From a virus (Duplodnaviria > Caudoviricetes), in IMG/VR virus record IMGVR_UViG_3300046504_000185, positions 1 through 59,160 of that record: a stretch of DNA of 59,160 nucleotides; one strand, given 5' to 3'. Positions 7,160 to 18,600 of this stretch are shown in pieces. Under the pieces are notes generated by a model that made no database searches, had not been told where the DNA came from, and saw only the letters and a list, made by a program, of their open reading frames with translations. Each line of letters starts with the position of its first letter. Position 1 is the first letter of the stretch. The position numbers and the translations under genes are program-made.

Positions 7160-8263
7160 ATGACCATGAATACAAGAGAATTTACAGAATTACTTAAAGG
7201 TTGCCGTCCTGTTAAAGACAAGGATGGTAACATCATCGTACAATCTATCATGAACATGCAGGTTGTATGTTTAACAACTGATGTTGAAAATTCATTGGAT
7301 ACTCGTTTTGCGAATCCTTTGACAGCATTGCAGTCAAGTAACCAATCTTATGGTCAGATTAGTTTTAACAACAAATCTGATAAGGAAGTTATTCTTCCTA
7401 CTCAGATGGCTGTTTTAACAAAACAACAGGCACAGAACCACGGTATGATCAAGGCAGGTTATCTTGAAAAATACGCAAATACTACATATCACGATGCAGG
7501 TTGCGTACAAGGTGGACAAACCGGATATTTCCGTGGAACATCAGAATTCCGTATGATTCCTGTTTCAATGCGTGAAATGTTATTTGACAGCATTGGACAA
7601 TCTGCAGGTTATTCAAGGATTTATCCTGCTATTCAAAAATTAGGTCAGGAAACTGGCAGTGCTGCAGGTAATTACTTGAATGTATACTTCGAAAAGTACG
7701 ATAAGAAACTTGAACAGTTCATTGCACACTTTGAACGTCCAAAGAATCTGATTGGTATCATCGTCTTAATTGATGGTGAAATTGTTGCAATAGACAAATT
7801 CCCTTCATTCACATATGCTGAACAGGTATGGGATATGATGATCCGTGACTGCTATGGTTCACTTGCTATTATTTCTGAAGTAAAAAACAGGAAGTCAAGT
7901 AATGAATTCACTGAAACATATACTGAAATGAAGAAAAGTCATCAGGAAAATGTTGTTGATTTGCTTGAAAAAGCATTGAAGAAAACCAAGCAGAACATGA
8001 CTGCAAGTGTAAATGAAAAACTTCAGGAGTTACTTGAACTTACTTTTGATGCTACACTTGATACAGAAGGACAACCAACTGCAGCAAGAGCACCAAAGTC
8101 ATATGTTCTTAAGACTGAAGGTTACATTGGTCAGGTGATCACTGAAAATGAATTTAACCACCTTGTAAGTGTTGTTAAGAGAGACAGGTTCGACCCTAAC
8201 GCACTCCGAGAAGTTAACGAACTTCGTAAGAAGGCTCGTAAGCAGGATAGATTCAGTTTATAA
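7160..8263 (+). CDS. ARPP-family (DUF6569-like) protein
   Basis: QNH...CVQGGQ and IGIIVLIDGEIVAIDKFPS resemble the DUF6569/ARPP QNR...CVE.GR and G-hydrophobic-DG...D.F.S motifs; starts 5 nt after the Ro-like gene. Confidence 0.6.
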   Translation: MTMNTREFTELLKGCRPVKDKDGNIIVQSIMNMQVVCLTTDVENSLDTRFANPLTALQSSNQSYGQISFNNKSDKEVILPTQMAVLTKQQAQNHGMIKAGYLEKYANTTYHDAGCVQGGQTGYFRGTSEFRMIPVSMREMLFDSIGQSAGYSRIYPAIQKLGQETGSAAGNYLNVYFEKYDKKLEQFIAHFERPKNLIGIIVLIDGEIVAIDKFPSFTYAEQVWDMMIRDCYGSLAIISEVKNRKSSNEFTETYTEMKKSHQENVVDLLEKALKKTKQNMTASVNEKLQELLELTFDATLDTEGQPTAARAPKSYVLKTEGYIGQVITENEFNHLVSVVKRDRFDPNALREVNELRKKARKQDRFSL

Positions 8264-8376
8264 TCAGGCTTGAAAGGCTATCGAAAATATGTTGGGTTTT
8301 TTGTAACATTATGAAATCTCACACGTATAATGAATATTAGGTTCTTTCCCCACACTTGGGATTGAACTTTTGTCTG

Positions 8377-8409
8377 AATCCCGTAGAAGAAATTTTACGG
8401 GGTTTTTTT
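8377..8409 (+). terminator. Rho-independent terminator
   Basis: atcccgtagaa-gaaa-ttttacggggt followed by a T tract. Confidence 0.75.
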
Positions 8410-8445
8410 ATTTTATGACATCAAAGATTTTAATGGTAATCTTTT

Positions 8446-8454
8446 GTATTTATT
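8446..8454 (+). promoter_or_regulatory. (G/C)TATTTAT putative phage late promoter (representative of ~17 copies)
   Basis: Motif found at 3181, 8446, 14450, 23523, 24564, 26812, 28434, 28776, 29135, 32928, 40530, 42208, 43367, 44154, 50508, 51820 and 56903, nearly always shortly upstream of a start codon. Confidence 0.7.
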
Positions 8455-8556
8455 ATAAATAAAACCGAACCCTGAAGTTCGGTTTAGGTAACTTACTGAA
8501 CGGTCATGAAGTTACGTGTTTTTGAAAAATAATAGAAGAGATTTAAATTAAAAAAT

Positions 8557-9687
8557 ATGCCATTTTTCGCAAGACCTAATTTAGACAATACTCAATTTAA
8601 GCAAGTAACTAATAGTACACTAACATTATCTGGTCAAACAAGAATTATAAACACAAGTGGTTTAACTATTGCAGATGGTAGTGGTAATACAATACAAATT
8701 AGTGCAAAAGATGCAGCCATTGGTAGAGTATTAACATTTGATGGTACTGAAATTAAATTTAGTCCGCCATCATCGGGTGCAAGTACGGGAATTTATACGG
8801 GTTTATCTCCTTCTACTTGTACTGTAGGTGGAATGCCTGCAGGTACTCTGATTAGTGGTGTATGTATAACAAATATACTTCAATGTATATTAGTGCCAAC
8901 ATTAAATCCGACAGTAAATCCGCCTTCATTTAGTTATAGTATTCTTCCTGTAAATGGAACTTGTTGTGAAGTTGGTTCATCGGTAAGTATTACTGGTTTC
9001 TTGACATTTAATAGAGGTTGTATTAGTCCTCAATATTGTAGTACTTGCTGTTTTAGAAGTGGTTTACCAACAATACATAAATATACTGACATTGCGGGTA
9101 CTACATGTTGTTGCGTTTGTACTGCTTTAAGTGGTTCATTTGCAATGCCATCACTTTCAATCAATCTCGGCAGTAATACTACATATGGCAGTGTTTGCTA
9201 CGGAGCAGGTCCAACAAACGTATTTAACAGTGCAGGTACTTGTATTTGTGCTGCTTTGGTTGTGGGAGTAACATCAACTGCTTCACAGGTAATTTGTGGA
9301 TTATACCCATATTTCTATGGTAAAGTAGCAAGTGGTGGATGTCCTGCAGGTGTTAACAGACCTACAGCAACATGTGCATTGGTAATTGGTGGAACTAAGG
9401 TGGTGGCAGACAGTATTGGTACAATATCAATTAATTTCAATAGCACTGCAGATGATTATATTTGGTTTGCAACTCCATATGCTTCAACAACAAAAACAGT
9501 ATGGTTTGTAGATGCCCTTAATAACGGTTCAATTTGTGGTGCAGTAAGTCCTGGTGGTAATTTATTCCCTAATAATACTCCTGTTTCACCAGTTGCAACA
9601 GTATGTTGGAGTGGTCAGTGTTATAAAGTTTATATAAGCAATTATCAGACAGCAAGTACATCAATAATGCAATTAAGAAATAGTTAA
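8557..9687 (+). CDS. Cys-rich virion fibre/structural protein
   Basis: N-terminal ...Q...LTLSGQT module shared with 14504, 24592 and 27144; C-terminal ~300-aa domain (VGG...FNRG...YPYFYG...YIWFA) shared with 9700 and 14504. Confidence 0.7.
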   Translation: MPFFARPNLDNTQFKQVTNSTLTLSGQTRIINTSGLTIADGSGNTIQISAKDAAIGRVLTFDGTEIKFSPPSSGASTGIYTGLSPSTCTVGGMPAGTLISGVCITNILQCILVPTLNPTVNPPSFSYSILPVNGTCCEVGSSVSITGFLTFNRGCISPQYCSTCCFRSGLPTIHKYTDIAGTTCCCVCTALSGSFAMPSLSINLGSNTTYGSVCYGAGPTNVFNSAGTCICAALVVGVTSTASQVICGLYPYFYGKVASGGCPAGVNRPTATCALVIGGTKVVADSIGTISINFNSTADDYIWFATPYASTTKTVWFVDALNNGSICGAVSPGGNLFPNNTPVSPVATVCWSGQCYKVYISNYQTASTSIMQLRNS

Positions 9688-9699
9688 AAAATTTAAGAT

Positions 9700-11688
9700 A
9701 TGGCAATAATTTTAAATGATAATATTCAAATAAATGCGGGTAAACCGATTGATACAAGATATTTAAGTAGTGGAAATACCGCATATGCTTCAGTAGGTGC
9801 TGTAAATACTGCAATCTCGATTAGTACACGATATGTTGGTTTAACGGTCAATATTAATGGTCTTGAATATTGGTATAAAAATGGTGTTACTAATACTGAT
9901 TTGATATTAAAATCAATAACTGGTCAAACTACTGCTGATGCAATTACTGGTGCAACAAATCTTGGTTTTTTTAGTGGACAAACAGGCATACAGACATTAC
10001 CAATAACTGATTTACCAAATATTAATTATAATGGCAGTTATAATTCAATTTACAATTATTATTATAGGGGTACTGATGCTTTAGTTCATACAGGTCCACC
10101 GCCAAGTGATGGTATACCAAGAAGAGGTTATATAAAATCAGCATTTCCGATCAAATCGTGGATTTGGAATGAATATGTTGGTTTAGGAAGTACTCTTGGT
10201 TGGATTTTAGTTGATGGTGATGTTTCACAACAAATTGGACTTTCTCCGACTGTTTATTTATATTATCCGCCATCAACAGCATATACTCAAACTTCTTGGA
10301 CAACAGGATTTGGTTATAATAATGGATCAAATTTGGTTATTAGTACAGTTACAGGTAGTCTGACAACCGGAACAACAATAACAATTGGTGGTCCACCTTA
10401 TGCAAAAAAAGTAAATCATGTTTTGGATTTTCGTACAGTTATAAGTGATACACCAAGTAATCTTGCTGTAGGTTATGATGAATCATTTATTCATTTATCG
10501 GGTGTAACTCCAATAACAACTGGAGCAAATATTGGTACTGGAGTGGCAATTTTAAAGACTCCGGTAACAGGCACAACATTACTATTGAGAAGACTTCAGG
10601 GCAGTGGAAGTACAACAGTAAATCAAGTTGGTGATAGTATAATAATTACCACAATTGTAAGTGGTAGTACTTCAGGAGTAACAAACGCAGTAAATATTGG
10701 TACAGGAACAGGTATTTTTAAAACAAAAGTAAATAATTGTTTACAATTCAGATCATTAAAACCAAGTGGCAGTACATCAATTTCTCAAGTAGGTGATGAT
10801 CTGGTGATCTTTTCAAGTGGTGGTAGTGGTGGATTATATAATCTTGCTACTCCTGCAACATGTACTGTTGGTGGTGTAACCGCAGGAGAACAGTTAACAG
10901 GAAAAACTGCATTATGCTTACTTCAAGAAATACTTGCGCCAGAATTATTTGGTACATTAACTGCACCAAGTGAGGGTATTGGCATAAGTCCTTCCGGTAC
11001 ATTTGAAATTGGCTGTTCAATTTCAACATTATGTGTTACTGGAACATTTAATAGAGGTTCGATTAGTCCACAATATTGCAGTACTTCAGGATTTAGAAGT
11101 GGTCCTGCAAATACTTATTGTTTCAGTGGTTGTCAGATTGCTGGTTCATATGCTTGTACTGCAGGAAGTGTAACCAAATGTGCAACAAGTTACGTTGTTT
11201 GTAGTGGCGGTCAGACATGGGGAGTATGTACGGCATATGATGCAGGCGTTCAACCTAAAGGTAGTAATGGTACTAATTATAACTCACCGTTAGGTGCAAG
11301 TACAACAGGTGCAGTAAGTGCCACAATAACAGGTATTTTGCCTTGGTATTGGGGAAAGGGTGCATCACAAGTTCTTGTTAGTGCTGATATTGCAGGTGGA
11401 ACAAAAACTCTTGCAAATGTAACAGCATCACCACTTTCGATTATATTCAATAGTGCACCAACAGATTATATTTGGTTTGCAGTACCTGCATGTGCAGGAC
11501 TTAAAACTTGTTGGTATGTTAATGGAACAAACAATGGTTGTATTGGTGGAGTAGGTAATTTATTTGCAATATTTTGTACTGTTGCAGTTACTTCGGCAAG
11601 TGGTTGTTGGGCAGGTTGTAATTATGATGTGTATGTAAGTTGTGTTACAACAGGAACTGCTGTAGGTGTACCAATGTGTATGTATTAA
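9700..11688 (+). CDS. virion fibre/structural protein
   Basis: N-terminal MAIILNDN...KPID.RY...RY.GLTV.I.G.EYWY module; NIGTG...FRSL repeats; C-terminal domain paralogous to 8557 and 14504. Confidence 0.7.
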   Translation: MAIILNDNIQINAGKPIDTRYLSSGNTAYASVGAVNTAISISTRYVGLTVNINGLEYWYKNGVTNTDLILKSITGQTTADAITGATNLGFFSGQTGIQTLPITDLPNINYNGSYNSIYNYYYRGTDALVHTGPPPSDGIPRRGYIKSAFPIKSWIWNEYVGLGSTLGWILVDGDVSQQIGLSPTVYLYYPPSTAYTQTSWTTGFGYNNGSNLVISTVTGSLTTGTTITIGGPPYAKKVNHVLDFRTVISDTPSNLAVGYDESFIHLSGVTPITTGANIGTGVAILKTPVTGTTLLLRRLQGSGSTTVNQVGDSIIITTIVSGSTSGVTNAVNIGTGTGIFKTKVNNCLQFRSLKPSGSTSISQVGDDLVIFSSGGSGGLYNLATPATCTVGGVTAGEQLTGKTALCLLQEILAPELFGTLTAPSEGIGISPSGTFEIGCSISTLCVTGTFNRGSISPQYCSTSGFRSGPANTYCFSGCQIAGSYACTAGSVTKCATSYVVCSGGQTWGVCTAYDAGVQPKGSNGTNYNSPLGASTTGAVSATITGILPWYWGKGASQVLVSADIAGGTKTLANVTASPLSIIFNSAPTDYIWFAVPACAGLKTCWYVNGTNNGCIGGVGNLFAIFCTVAVTSASGCWAGCNYDVYVSCVTTGTAVGVPMCMY

Positions 11689-11720
11689 TAATAAAATAGA
11701 GATAATAAAAACAGAATATT

Positions 11721-14393
11721 ATGGCAATAATCATTAATGATAATTTTGCAGTCAATGTAGGAAAACCAGTTGATAGTAAATATATGAATATTTCTGCACC
11801 GTGGACAAGTATATCTGCAGCAAATACAGGAATACCTTTAGCATATAGATATCAAGGTTTAACAGTTAATATAAACGGTGTTGAATATTGGTATAAAAAT
11901 GGTGTTGCTGATGTTGATTTAATTATTAAAACAGCAGGTAGTGGTGCAGGAACAGTAAGTGGTGCAACAAATGGTTTACATTTAATAAATTCAGGAACAA
12001 CAGTTGCTCTTGGCGGTACATTAACGGGAAATACTATAATTAATGCTAATTCACATGATTTTTGCGTTTATGATGTAAGAAGTATATCATTAGAAAGCAT
12101 TGTATCTGGTTATAGTTCAACATTTCATGGTTATAATACTGATATTTGTGGCACTAATTTTTTAGAAATATGTAGTCCTCAAGTACAAATTGATTTTTCA
12201 AGTTTTGGACGTGTTAATGATAATTCTGGAACAAAATGTGGTCTTGTATATGGTGGTAATTATGATGCAACGTTTGTTGCTCGATCACTTGTAGATAAAT
12301 GTTATGTTGATACTGTTGCAACAGGTTTACAACCAAAAGTTGCTGTTTGGGTTGCAACAACAGGTACGAGTATTAGTTTAAGTGGAAATCAATTAATTGA
12401 TGGTGTCATGACCGTAAACGGCATGAGAGTATTGGTTAAAAACCAATCAGGTAATACTACTCCTGCAGTTGATAATGGTATTTATATTGCATCAAGTAGT
12501 TTTTGGACACGTTCACCCGATTTTGATGGTACTCCACAGGGTGAAATTCAACAAGGTGCATTAATTCCGGTTTTAAGTGGTATAACAAATCGTAATTCAT
12601 TATGGGTATTAATAACACCCGATCCAATTACTGGTGGTACAACACCGTTATTATTTACTCCTTTTAGTACTCCCGGTAATTATGTCGGTGGAACAGGAAT
12701 TGATGTTATCGGAAATACAATATCAATTAATACTCCAACATATGCAATAATTACTAATGCAATTACTGGTGCAACAACTGGCTTGGGAACTGATGGCAAT
12801 AGAAATGTTTGTCTTGATAGTACAACACAGGCAATACTTGCTGATGCAATTACTGGTGCTACAAATGGTTTGGGAACTGATGGTAATAGAAATGTTTGTC
12901 TTGGTGGTATATTAATTGCTCCAACAACAATTGATTTAAGTGGACAAATTTTTACTGTTTGTGGTGCTATTGGTAATGCATTTATAGAATTAAATGACTC
13001 ATCATTTGCTGCTTGTTTTGGTACTAATTGTGTTTCAACAACAGAACTTCATAATAATTTATATAATCTTACTCTTAGTTCTGCTCCTTTTGCTGTTTTT
13101 CACGATAACAACTGTATTGGTTTATGTTATGATGGTGATTATGAAGCAAATTTTGTAAATCGTTCACTTGTAACAAAACAATATGTTTTAGGGCAAATTA
13201 CAGGTTTTACTGGTACAATTACTGGTGGTACAAATGGTCTTGGTTATTCAGCAGCAAATATTTGTCTTGGTGGTACATTAATTGCAACAACTGATATTAG
13301 TGGTGCTCAAGATTTAAGTTTTGGTGGTATTACACCACTTACATCATTTGGAGTAATAGCAACAACTGATTTTAAATTAACAGTATGTTCAAATAAGGCA
13401 ACTATAGCATTAGATGATACAGGTAAAGCAGAATTAATGGGTGGTCGATATGCATCTATTAGTCTTTCTGCTAATACTGCAATGGTACAAGTTAGTGCTT
13501 CAACAGCAAATATTCTTGGTACAGTTAGATTATTGACAATTCCAAATGCAGGTGCAATATCAGATACATTATTGGTGTGGAATTCCGGTGATAAAGAAGT
13601 TAAATGTCTAAGTATTAGTACAATAACTGGTGCAACAGCAATTAGTGCAAATAATGGTTTAACAAAAGCAGGTAATATTATTAGTCTTGGTGGTAATTTA
13701 ACTGGAACAACAACGATCATACAAACAGGTAATACGTTTTCAATTTGTACTACTTCTATTGGTTCAACACCACGATTAATAATGAATCCAAGTAGTACAT
13801 GCACTGAATTAGGTATGTATTGCAATTCAACATGTCGTTCAGCAATATATTCATACGGTGCAGGACTTCCAACAACAGGAATTTATTCAATTGGTGGAAC
13901 TTCTTGCAGTAGTATTATTTCTGATATAAAATTATCATTAAATAGTTGTAATGGTAGTTGTGGTACAACAGTATGTTTAGATGAAAGAGGTTTATATTAT
14001 TGTGTAGATTATAGTAGCAGATGGAATACTTGTAGGTATATTCCTGATATTAATTATGTTACTGGTTGTACTGTTAATTTGATCAGTTGCTATTCAAATA
14101 TTGACAATATTCGTAATATAACTTCTGGTACTACTACAACAGCAATCGATAATTTTGTTGGGGTTGATATTACTGGTAGCAGATGTGTTTACTTATATGC
14201 AACACCAAAATATGGTCAAAAATTAACAATAGTAGATGTTCGTGGAGACGCATTAAGTTTTCCAATAACAATTGATGGTAATGGTAATTTAATAAATGGT
14301 GGTCAGTGTGCATTAATTAATACAGATTATGGTTCAATAACATTTGTATTTAATTGCAGTAATTTTTGGAGTGCAGTTGCATTTGTTAATTAA
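11721..14393 (+). CDS. tail fibre-like protein
   Basis: Same N-module as 9700; GATNGL...LGG.L repeats; ATT...IDG...RVLVKNQ...NGIY...WTR fibre domain; C-terminal INTDYGSITFVF domain. Confidence 0.75.
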   Translation: MAIIINDNFAVNVGKPVDSKYMNISAPWTSISAANTGIPLAYRYQGLTVNINGVEYWYKNGVADVDLIIKTAGSGAGTVSGATNGLHLINSGTTVALGGTLTGNTIINANSHDFCVYDVRSISLESIVSGYSSTFHGYNTDICGTNFLEICSPQVQIDFSSFGRVNDNSGTKCGLVYGGNYDATFVARSLVDKCYVDTVATGLQPKVAVWVATTGTSISLSGNQLIDGVMTVNGMRVLVKNQSGNTTPAVDNGIYIASSSFWTRSPDFDGTPQGEIQQGALIPVLSGITNRNSLWVLITPDPITGGTTPLLFTPFSTPGNYVGGTGIDVIGNTISINTPTYAIITNAITGATTGLGTDGNRNVCLDSTTQAILADAITGATNGLGTDGNRNVCLGGILIAPTTIDLSGQIFTVCGAIGNAFIELNDSSFAACFGTNCVSTTELHNNLYNLTLSSAPFAVFHDNNCIGLCYDGDYEANFVNRSLVTKQYVLGQITGFTGTITGGTNGLGYSAANICLGGTLIATTDISGAQDLSFGGITPLTSFGVIATTDFKLTVCSNKATIALDDTGKAELMGGRYASISLSANTAMVQVSASTANILGTVRLLTIPNAGAISDTLLVWNSGDKEVKCLSISTITGATAISANNGLTKAGNIISLGGNLTGTTTIIQTGNTFSICTTSIGSTPRLIMNPSSTCTELGMYCNSTCRSAIYSYGAGLPTTGIYSIGGTSCSSIISDIKLSLNSCNGSCGTTVCLDERGLYYCVDYSSRWNTCRYIPDINYVTGCTVNLISCYSNIDNIRNITSGTTTTAIDNFVGVDITGSRCVYLYATPKYGQKLTIVDVRGDALSFPITIDGNGNLINGGQCALINTDYGSITFVFNCSNFWSAVAFVN
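12757..12903 (+). repeat. in-frame tandem duplication, 60-bp units with 87-bp period
   Basis: 12757-12816 and 12844-12903 are near-identical (AITGAT.GLGTDGNRNVCL). Confidence 0.85.
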
Positions 14394-14503
14394 TGATTGA
14401 AGTAATATTTTATTTTTTGTAATTGACAGGGGTTTATTGGTTTTTTAAACTATTTATAATAGATACAAGAAAAATAATACGTAAAATATAAAAACAAGAA
14501 ATT

Positions 14504-15574
14504 ATGGCTTTTAATACTAAATTAAATTTAACCGATGCCAAAGTATATCAAAGTGACAATGAACAATTACACTTATCTGGCAATACTGTTGTTGCAACTG
14601 TTGGTGATTTGAGATATCAAACACATCCTAATTTCACCGGAGCAACTCAAGTTGTTGATAAAGAATATGTTGATTTAGCAATGAGTGGTGCATCAGGAAC
14701 TACTATATATAATTTAGATTCTCCTGCTGCAGTATGTGTAGGTGGAATAACTGTTGGTTGGGTTTTAACAGGAAAATCTTCAAATTGTATACTTAAAGAT
14801 ATTCTCGTACCTGAATTATATCCAACATTAACTGCTCCAAGTGAAAGCATTGGATTATCCCCAGCCACTGCACAATATGAAGTAGGTTGTAGTATTTCAA
14901 CACTTTGTGTTACAGGTACGTTTAATAGGGGTTCAATAAATCCACAGTATTGTAGTGCTTCACCTTTTAGAAGTGGTCCTGCAAATAATTATTGTTTTAC
15001 TGGTTGCGGAGTGGCAGGTTCATATGCATGTACAACTTCACCAGTAACTAAATGTGCAACAAGTTATGTCGTAACTGTTGGTAGTCAATCTTGGGGTGTT
15101 TGTACTGCATATGATGCGGGTGTTCAGCCTAAAGGTAGTAAAGGAACTAATAGTGGTTCAACATTAGGTGCTGGTACTACAAGTGCAGCAAGTTGTTCAA
15201 TTACAGGTATTTATCCATATTATTATGGAAAACTTACAAGTGGTTCACGTCCTGCAGTAACTAATGCTCTTGTAACAACAGGATGTATTGCAAAATGTGT
15301 ATTAGATGTTGGAAATCCAACTACAGTTACTTTCAATAGTGCTTCAAATGAATATACTTGGTTTGCAATTCCTGCAACATGTACATCAAGAGGTTGTTGG
15401 TATGTTAATGCATTGGATAATGGAAAAATGAATACTTCTCCGGGTGATAAATATCCTGATCAATGTACTATAAGTATTACTTCAGCAGAATCATGTTGGG
15501 CAGCAGTAAATTATAAAGTTTATATGAGTGGTACTGTTGGTGCTATTGCTTCTCCAATATCATTCTGTATTTAA
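14504..15574 (+). CDS. Cys-rich virion fibre/structural protein
   Basis: C-terminal domain closely similar to that of 9700 (EVGCSISTLCVTGTFNRGSI.PQYCS...FRSGPAN). Confidence 0.7.
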   Translation: MAFNTKLNLTDAKVYQSDNEQLHLSGNTVVATVGDLRYQTHPNFTGATQVVDKEYVDLAMSGASGTTIYNLDSPAAVCVGGITVGWVLTGKSSNCILKDILVPELYPTLTAPSESIGLSPATAQYEVGCSISTLCVTGTFNRGSINPQYCSASPFRSGPANNYCFTGCGVAGSYACTTSPVTKCATSYVVTVGSQSWGVCTAYDAGVQPKGSKGTNSGSTLGAGTTSAASCSITGIYPYYYGKLTSGSRPAVTNALVTTGCIAKCVLDVGNPTTVTFNSASNEYTWFAIPATCTSRGCWYVNALDNGKMNTSPGDKYPDQCTISITSAESCWAAVNYKVYMSGTVGAIASPISFCI

Positions 15575-15613
15575 GATATAAAAAATTATTAGAAAAGATA
15601 AAAAAACGAAAAA

Positions 15614-18600
15614 ATGGCAATAATATTAAGTGACAATCTCAAGATCAATGCTCCTAAACCAGTTGATAGCAGATATATAAATATAACAACTCCTTGGACT
15701 GGAACAACTCAGGTTAATGCTACAATACCTATTGGTGAAAGATATCCTGGCTTAACAGTTGACATATCAGGTGTTGAATATTGGTATCAAACAAGTGGTG
15801 ATGTTACCAGTGGTAATTTAACTATTAAAGATAGTGGTATTGCAAGTACAGGTATTACAACAGCAATAAACGGTTTAACCAAAATTGGTAATGCTGTCAG
15901 ATTAGGCGGTACATTAACGGGTTCAACAGTATTTACTGATTCACGTGTAACACCAATTGGTCTTCAATATGGCAGTGATTATTCACCGAACTTTACACTT
16001 ACTTCACTTGCAGACTGGCAATCAGTTGCTACTGTTAGACCAACAGGACAGACTGTTGGTTTCACATTATCATTGCCTATGTTAGGCGAAGCAGTTGTTG
16101 TTACTTCTGCAACTCCAGTAAATGTAACAATTCCAACTAATGCAAGTGTTGCATTTCCAATAGGTTCAATAATTACAATTCAACAAGGTGGTGCAGGTAC
16201 TGTAACTGCAGTTGGTGCTTCAGGCGTAACAGTTAATGGTGTAGTACTTTCAACAACGAAACAATATGCTTTCGTTCAATATTGGAAAACTGCCGTTAAT
16301 ACTTGGTCAGTTATTGGTGGTGCTGTTGAAATATGGCAGACATCTGGAAGTTCATTAATTGTTCCGGTTGATTCAAGCAAAAGAGTACCAATTCAATTCA
16401 TTAGTGGTTTAACATCAGCATTAAGTGGATATGTTTGTACTGCAAGTAATGGTATAAATAAAGTTGGTCAGAATGTTGCTCTTGGTGGTTCATTAACAGG
16501 TAATACAACAATTGGAAATAATACAAGTGCTTTAAGTATAAAAGTTGCTACACTTAATCTTACTGGTAGCACTGCGTTTAATTTAAGTACAAATTGTGGT
16601 TTAATTACAACAAGTGATAATAAAGGTCTTGAATATAGTACGGATTATAGTGGAAGTTTTGCTAATAATTCTCTTATAACTAAAAAATATGTTTGTTCAC
16701 AAACTTCTGGTATAACATCATGTGCAATAACAACCGCAAGTAATGGTTTAAATAAAGTGGGTCAAAATGTTGCATTAGGTGGTCCTTTAACTGGTGATAC
16801 TACAATTGATGGTGCAGGTGCAGATAGCATGAAGTTTAATGCATTGAATGATTTTAATGTTAAATCTCAAACAATCAAAATGACTGGTACTACTGGAATT
16901 TGTTTAAAACAAGGCAGTGTATCATGTATAGAATTATTGAATGCTGGTGCTGGTACTATTACTGAAGTTGGTTCTACTATTAATCTTTGTGCAGGTACTA
17001 CTTGTGTAAAAATTAATACTGCTGATGCAATGGCATATTTGAATGATTATTCATCATGCTACAAATGTCTATCAATTCCTAACGTTGGTTATGTAACAGG
17101 TTTTACTTGTAATATTGCTTGTAAAGCAGATAAAAATATTGCTTCTGTAGGTCAGATAATATATAGAAATTCAACACAAATCACAGGTGACACTGATATG
17201 ATTTACTGTGAAGCATGTGAAAGCATTGCATTACTTGGAGGTACTGCAAGTGGTTTCCGTAGTTTGGCAGTTGGTTATCAAGAAAATGCAACCGCAACAA
17301 ATTCATGGGCAATAGGTAGAAGTAGTACTGCAAGTGGTGCAGATTCTGCAATACTTGGCGGTTGTAATAATCAGACATCTGCAGTTTGTTCAGCAATAAT
17401 TGGCGGTCAAATTAATTGCATCTGTACAGGTGCTTTGCGTGCAGCAATAATTGGTGGTCAAAATATAACCTTAACTGGTGCTACATATAATGATACTGTT
17501 GCAGTTGATTGTCTTGCAATTATGATGACACCAACGGGCAGTGGTGACTTACTTTGTTGGAATTCTGTAAGTAAAAAAGTTGGTAAAACTTCGTTATCTG
17601 CATTCGGTGGTATAACTGGCGCAACTAATGGTCTTACTGATTGTGGTTCACAAAGAATAGGTCTTGGTGGAACACTTTGTACAGATACTTGTATTCTTGG
17701 TGGTGGTACACAAGATTTATGCTTGGGTATGACTGCAAGTAAATTAGATAGTTTCATAGTTAATGCAAATTGTGGATGTTTAGTAACTGGCAATTTGGCA
17801 ATTTGTTCAAGTGGTGCAACATACACTGACTTGAATGCTGTTACAAAACAAGGTATTAAATATGCAGGTGATTATAGTTTAACTTATGACATACGTTCAT
17901 TAGTTGACAAAGGATATGTTGATAGTGTTGCAACGGGATTGAATATACATCAAGCAGTTTGTGCCGCAACAACAGTTCCTATTAATTTGGCAACGATTGG
18001 TTTAGGAACAATTGATGGCTTTGCCACAACAACAGGTAATAGAATTTTGGTTAAAAATCAAACTCTTGGTCAAGATAATGGTATATATTCTGCAAGTACT
18101 GGCACATGGGGTCGTACAAGTGATTATCAAACAAACGTTCAAATCACTAATGGTGACTTGATTCCTGTTACAAGTGGTTCAACACAAAACAGTTCAATAT
18201 GGGCATTAATTACGCCTGAACCAATTACAGTTGGTGTTACTCCTTTGGATTATACGGAATTTTCAACAATAGTTGATGTTACAGCAGGTCCGGGCATTGC
18301 TATTACTCAAGTAGGCGGTGTGCATACAGTTTGTGTTAATTTAGCATCACCCGATTCTGGTCTTGATACTGGTAGTGGCTTGGCTGTTGGTCAAGGACAT
18401 GGTATATTAGTAACTGGTGGTACTGTTAATGTAAATGCACGTTCTTGTGGCAGTGTTCCGGCAATTTATGTTGGATATAATGCTAATGGTGATGGCGAAC
18501 TTGTTGTTGCCAATGCTGATATTCTTGGCGTTATGGTTGGTACTTGTGCATTAACTGGTGCAACAAATGGTCTAACTGCAACAAGTGGTGTTGTTAAATT

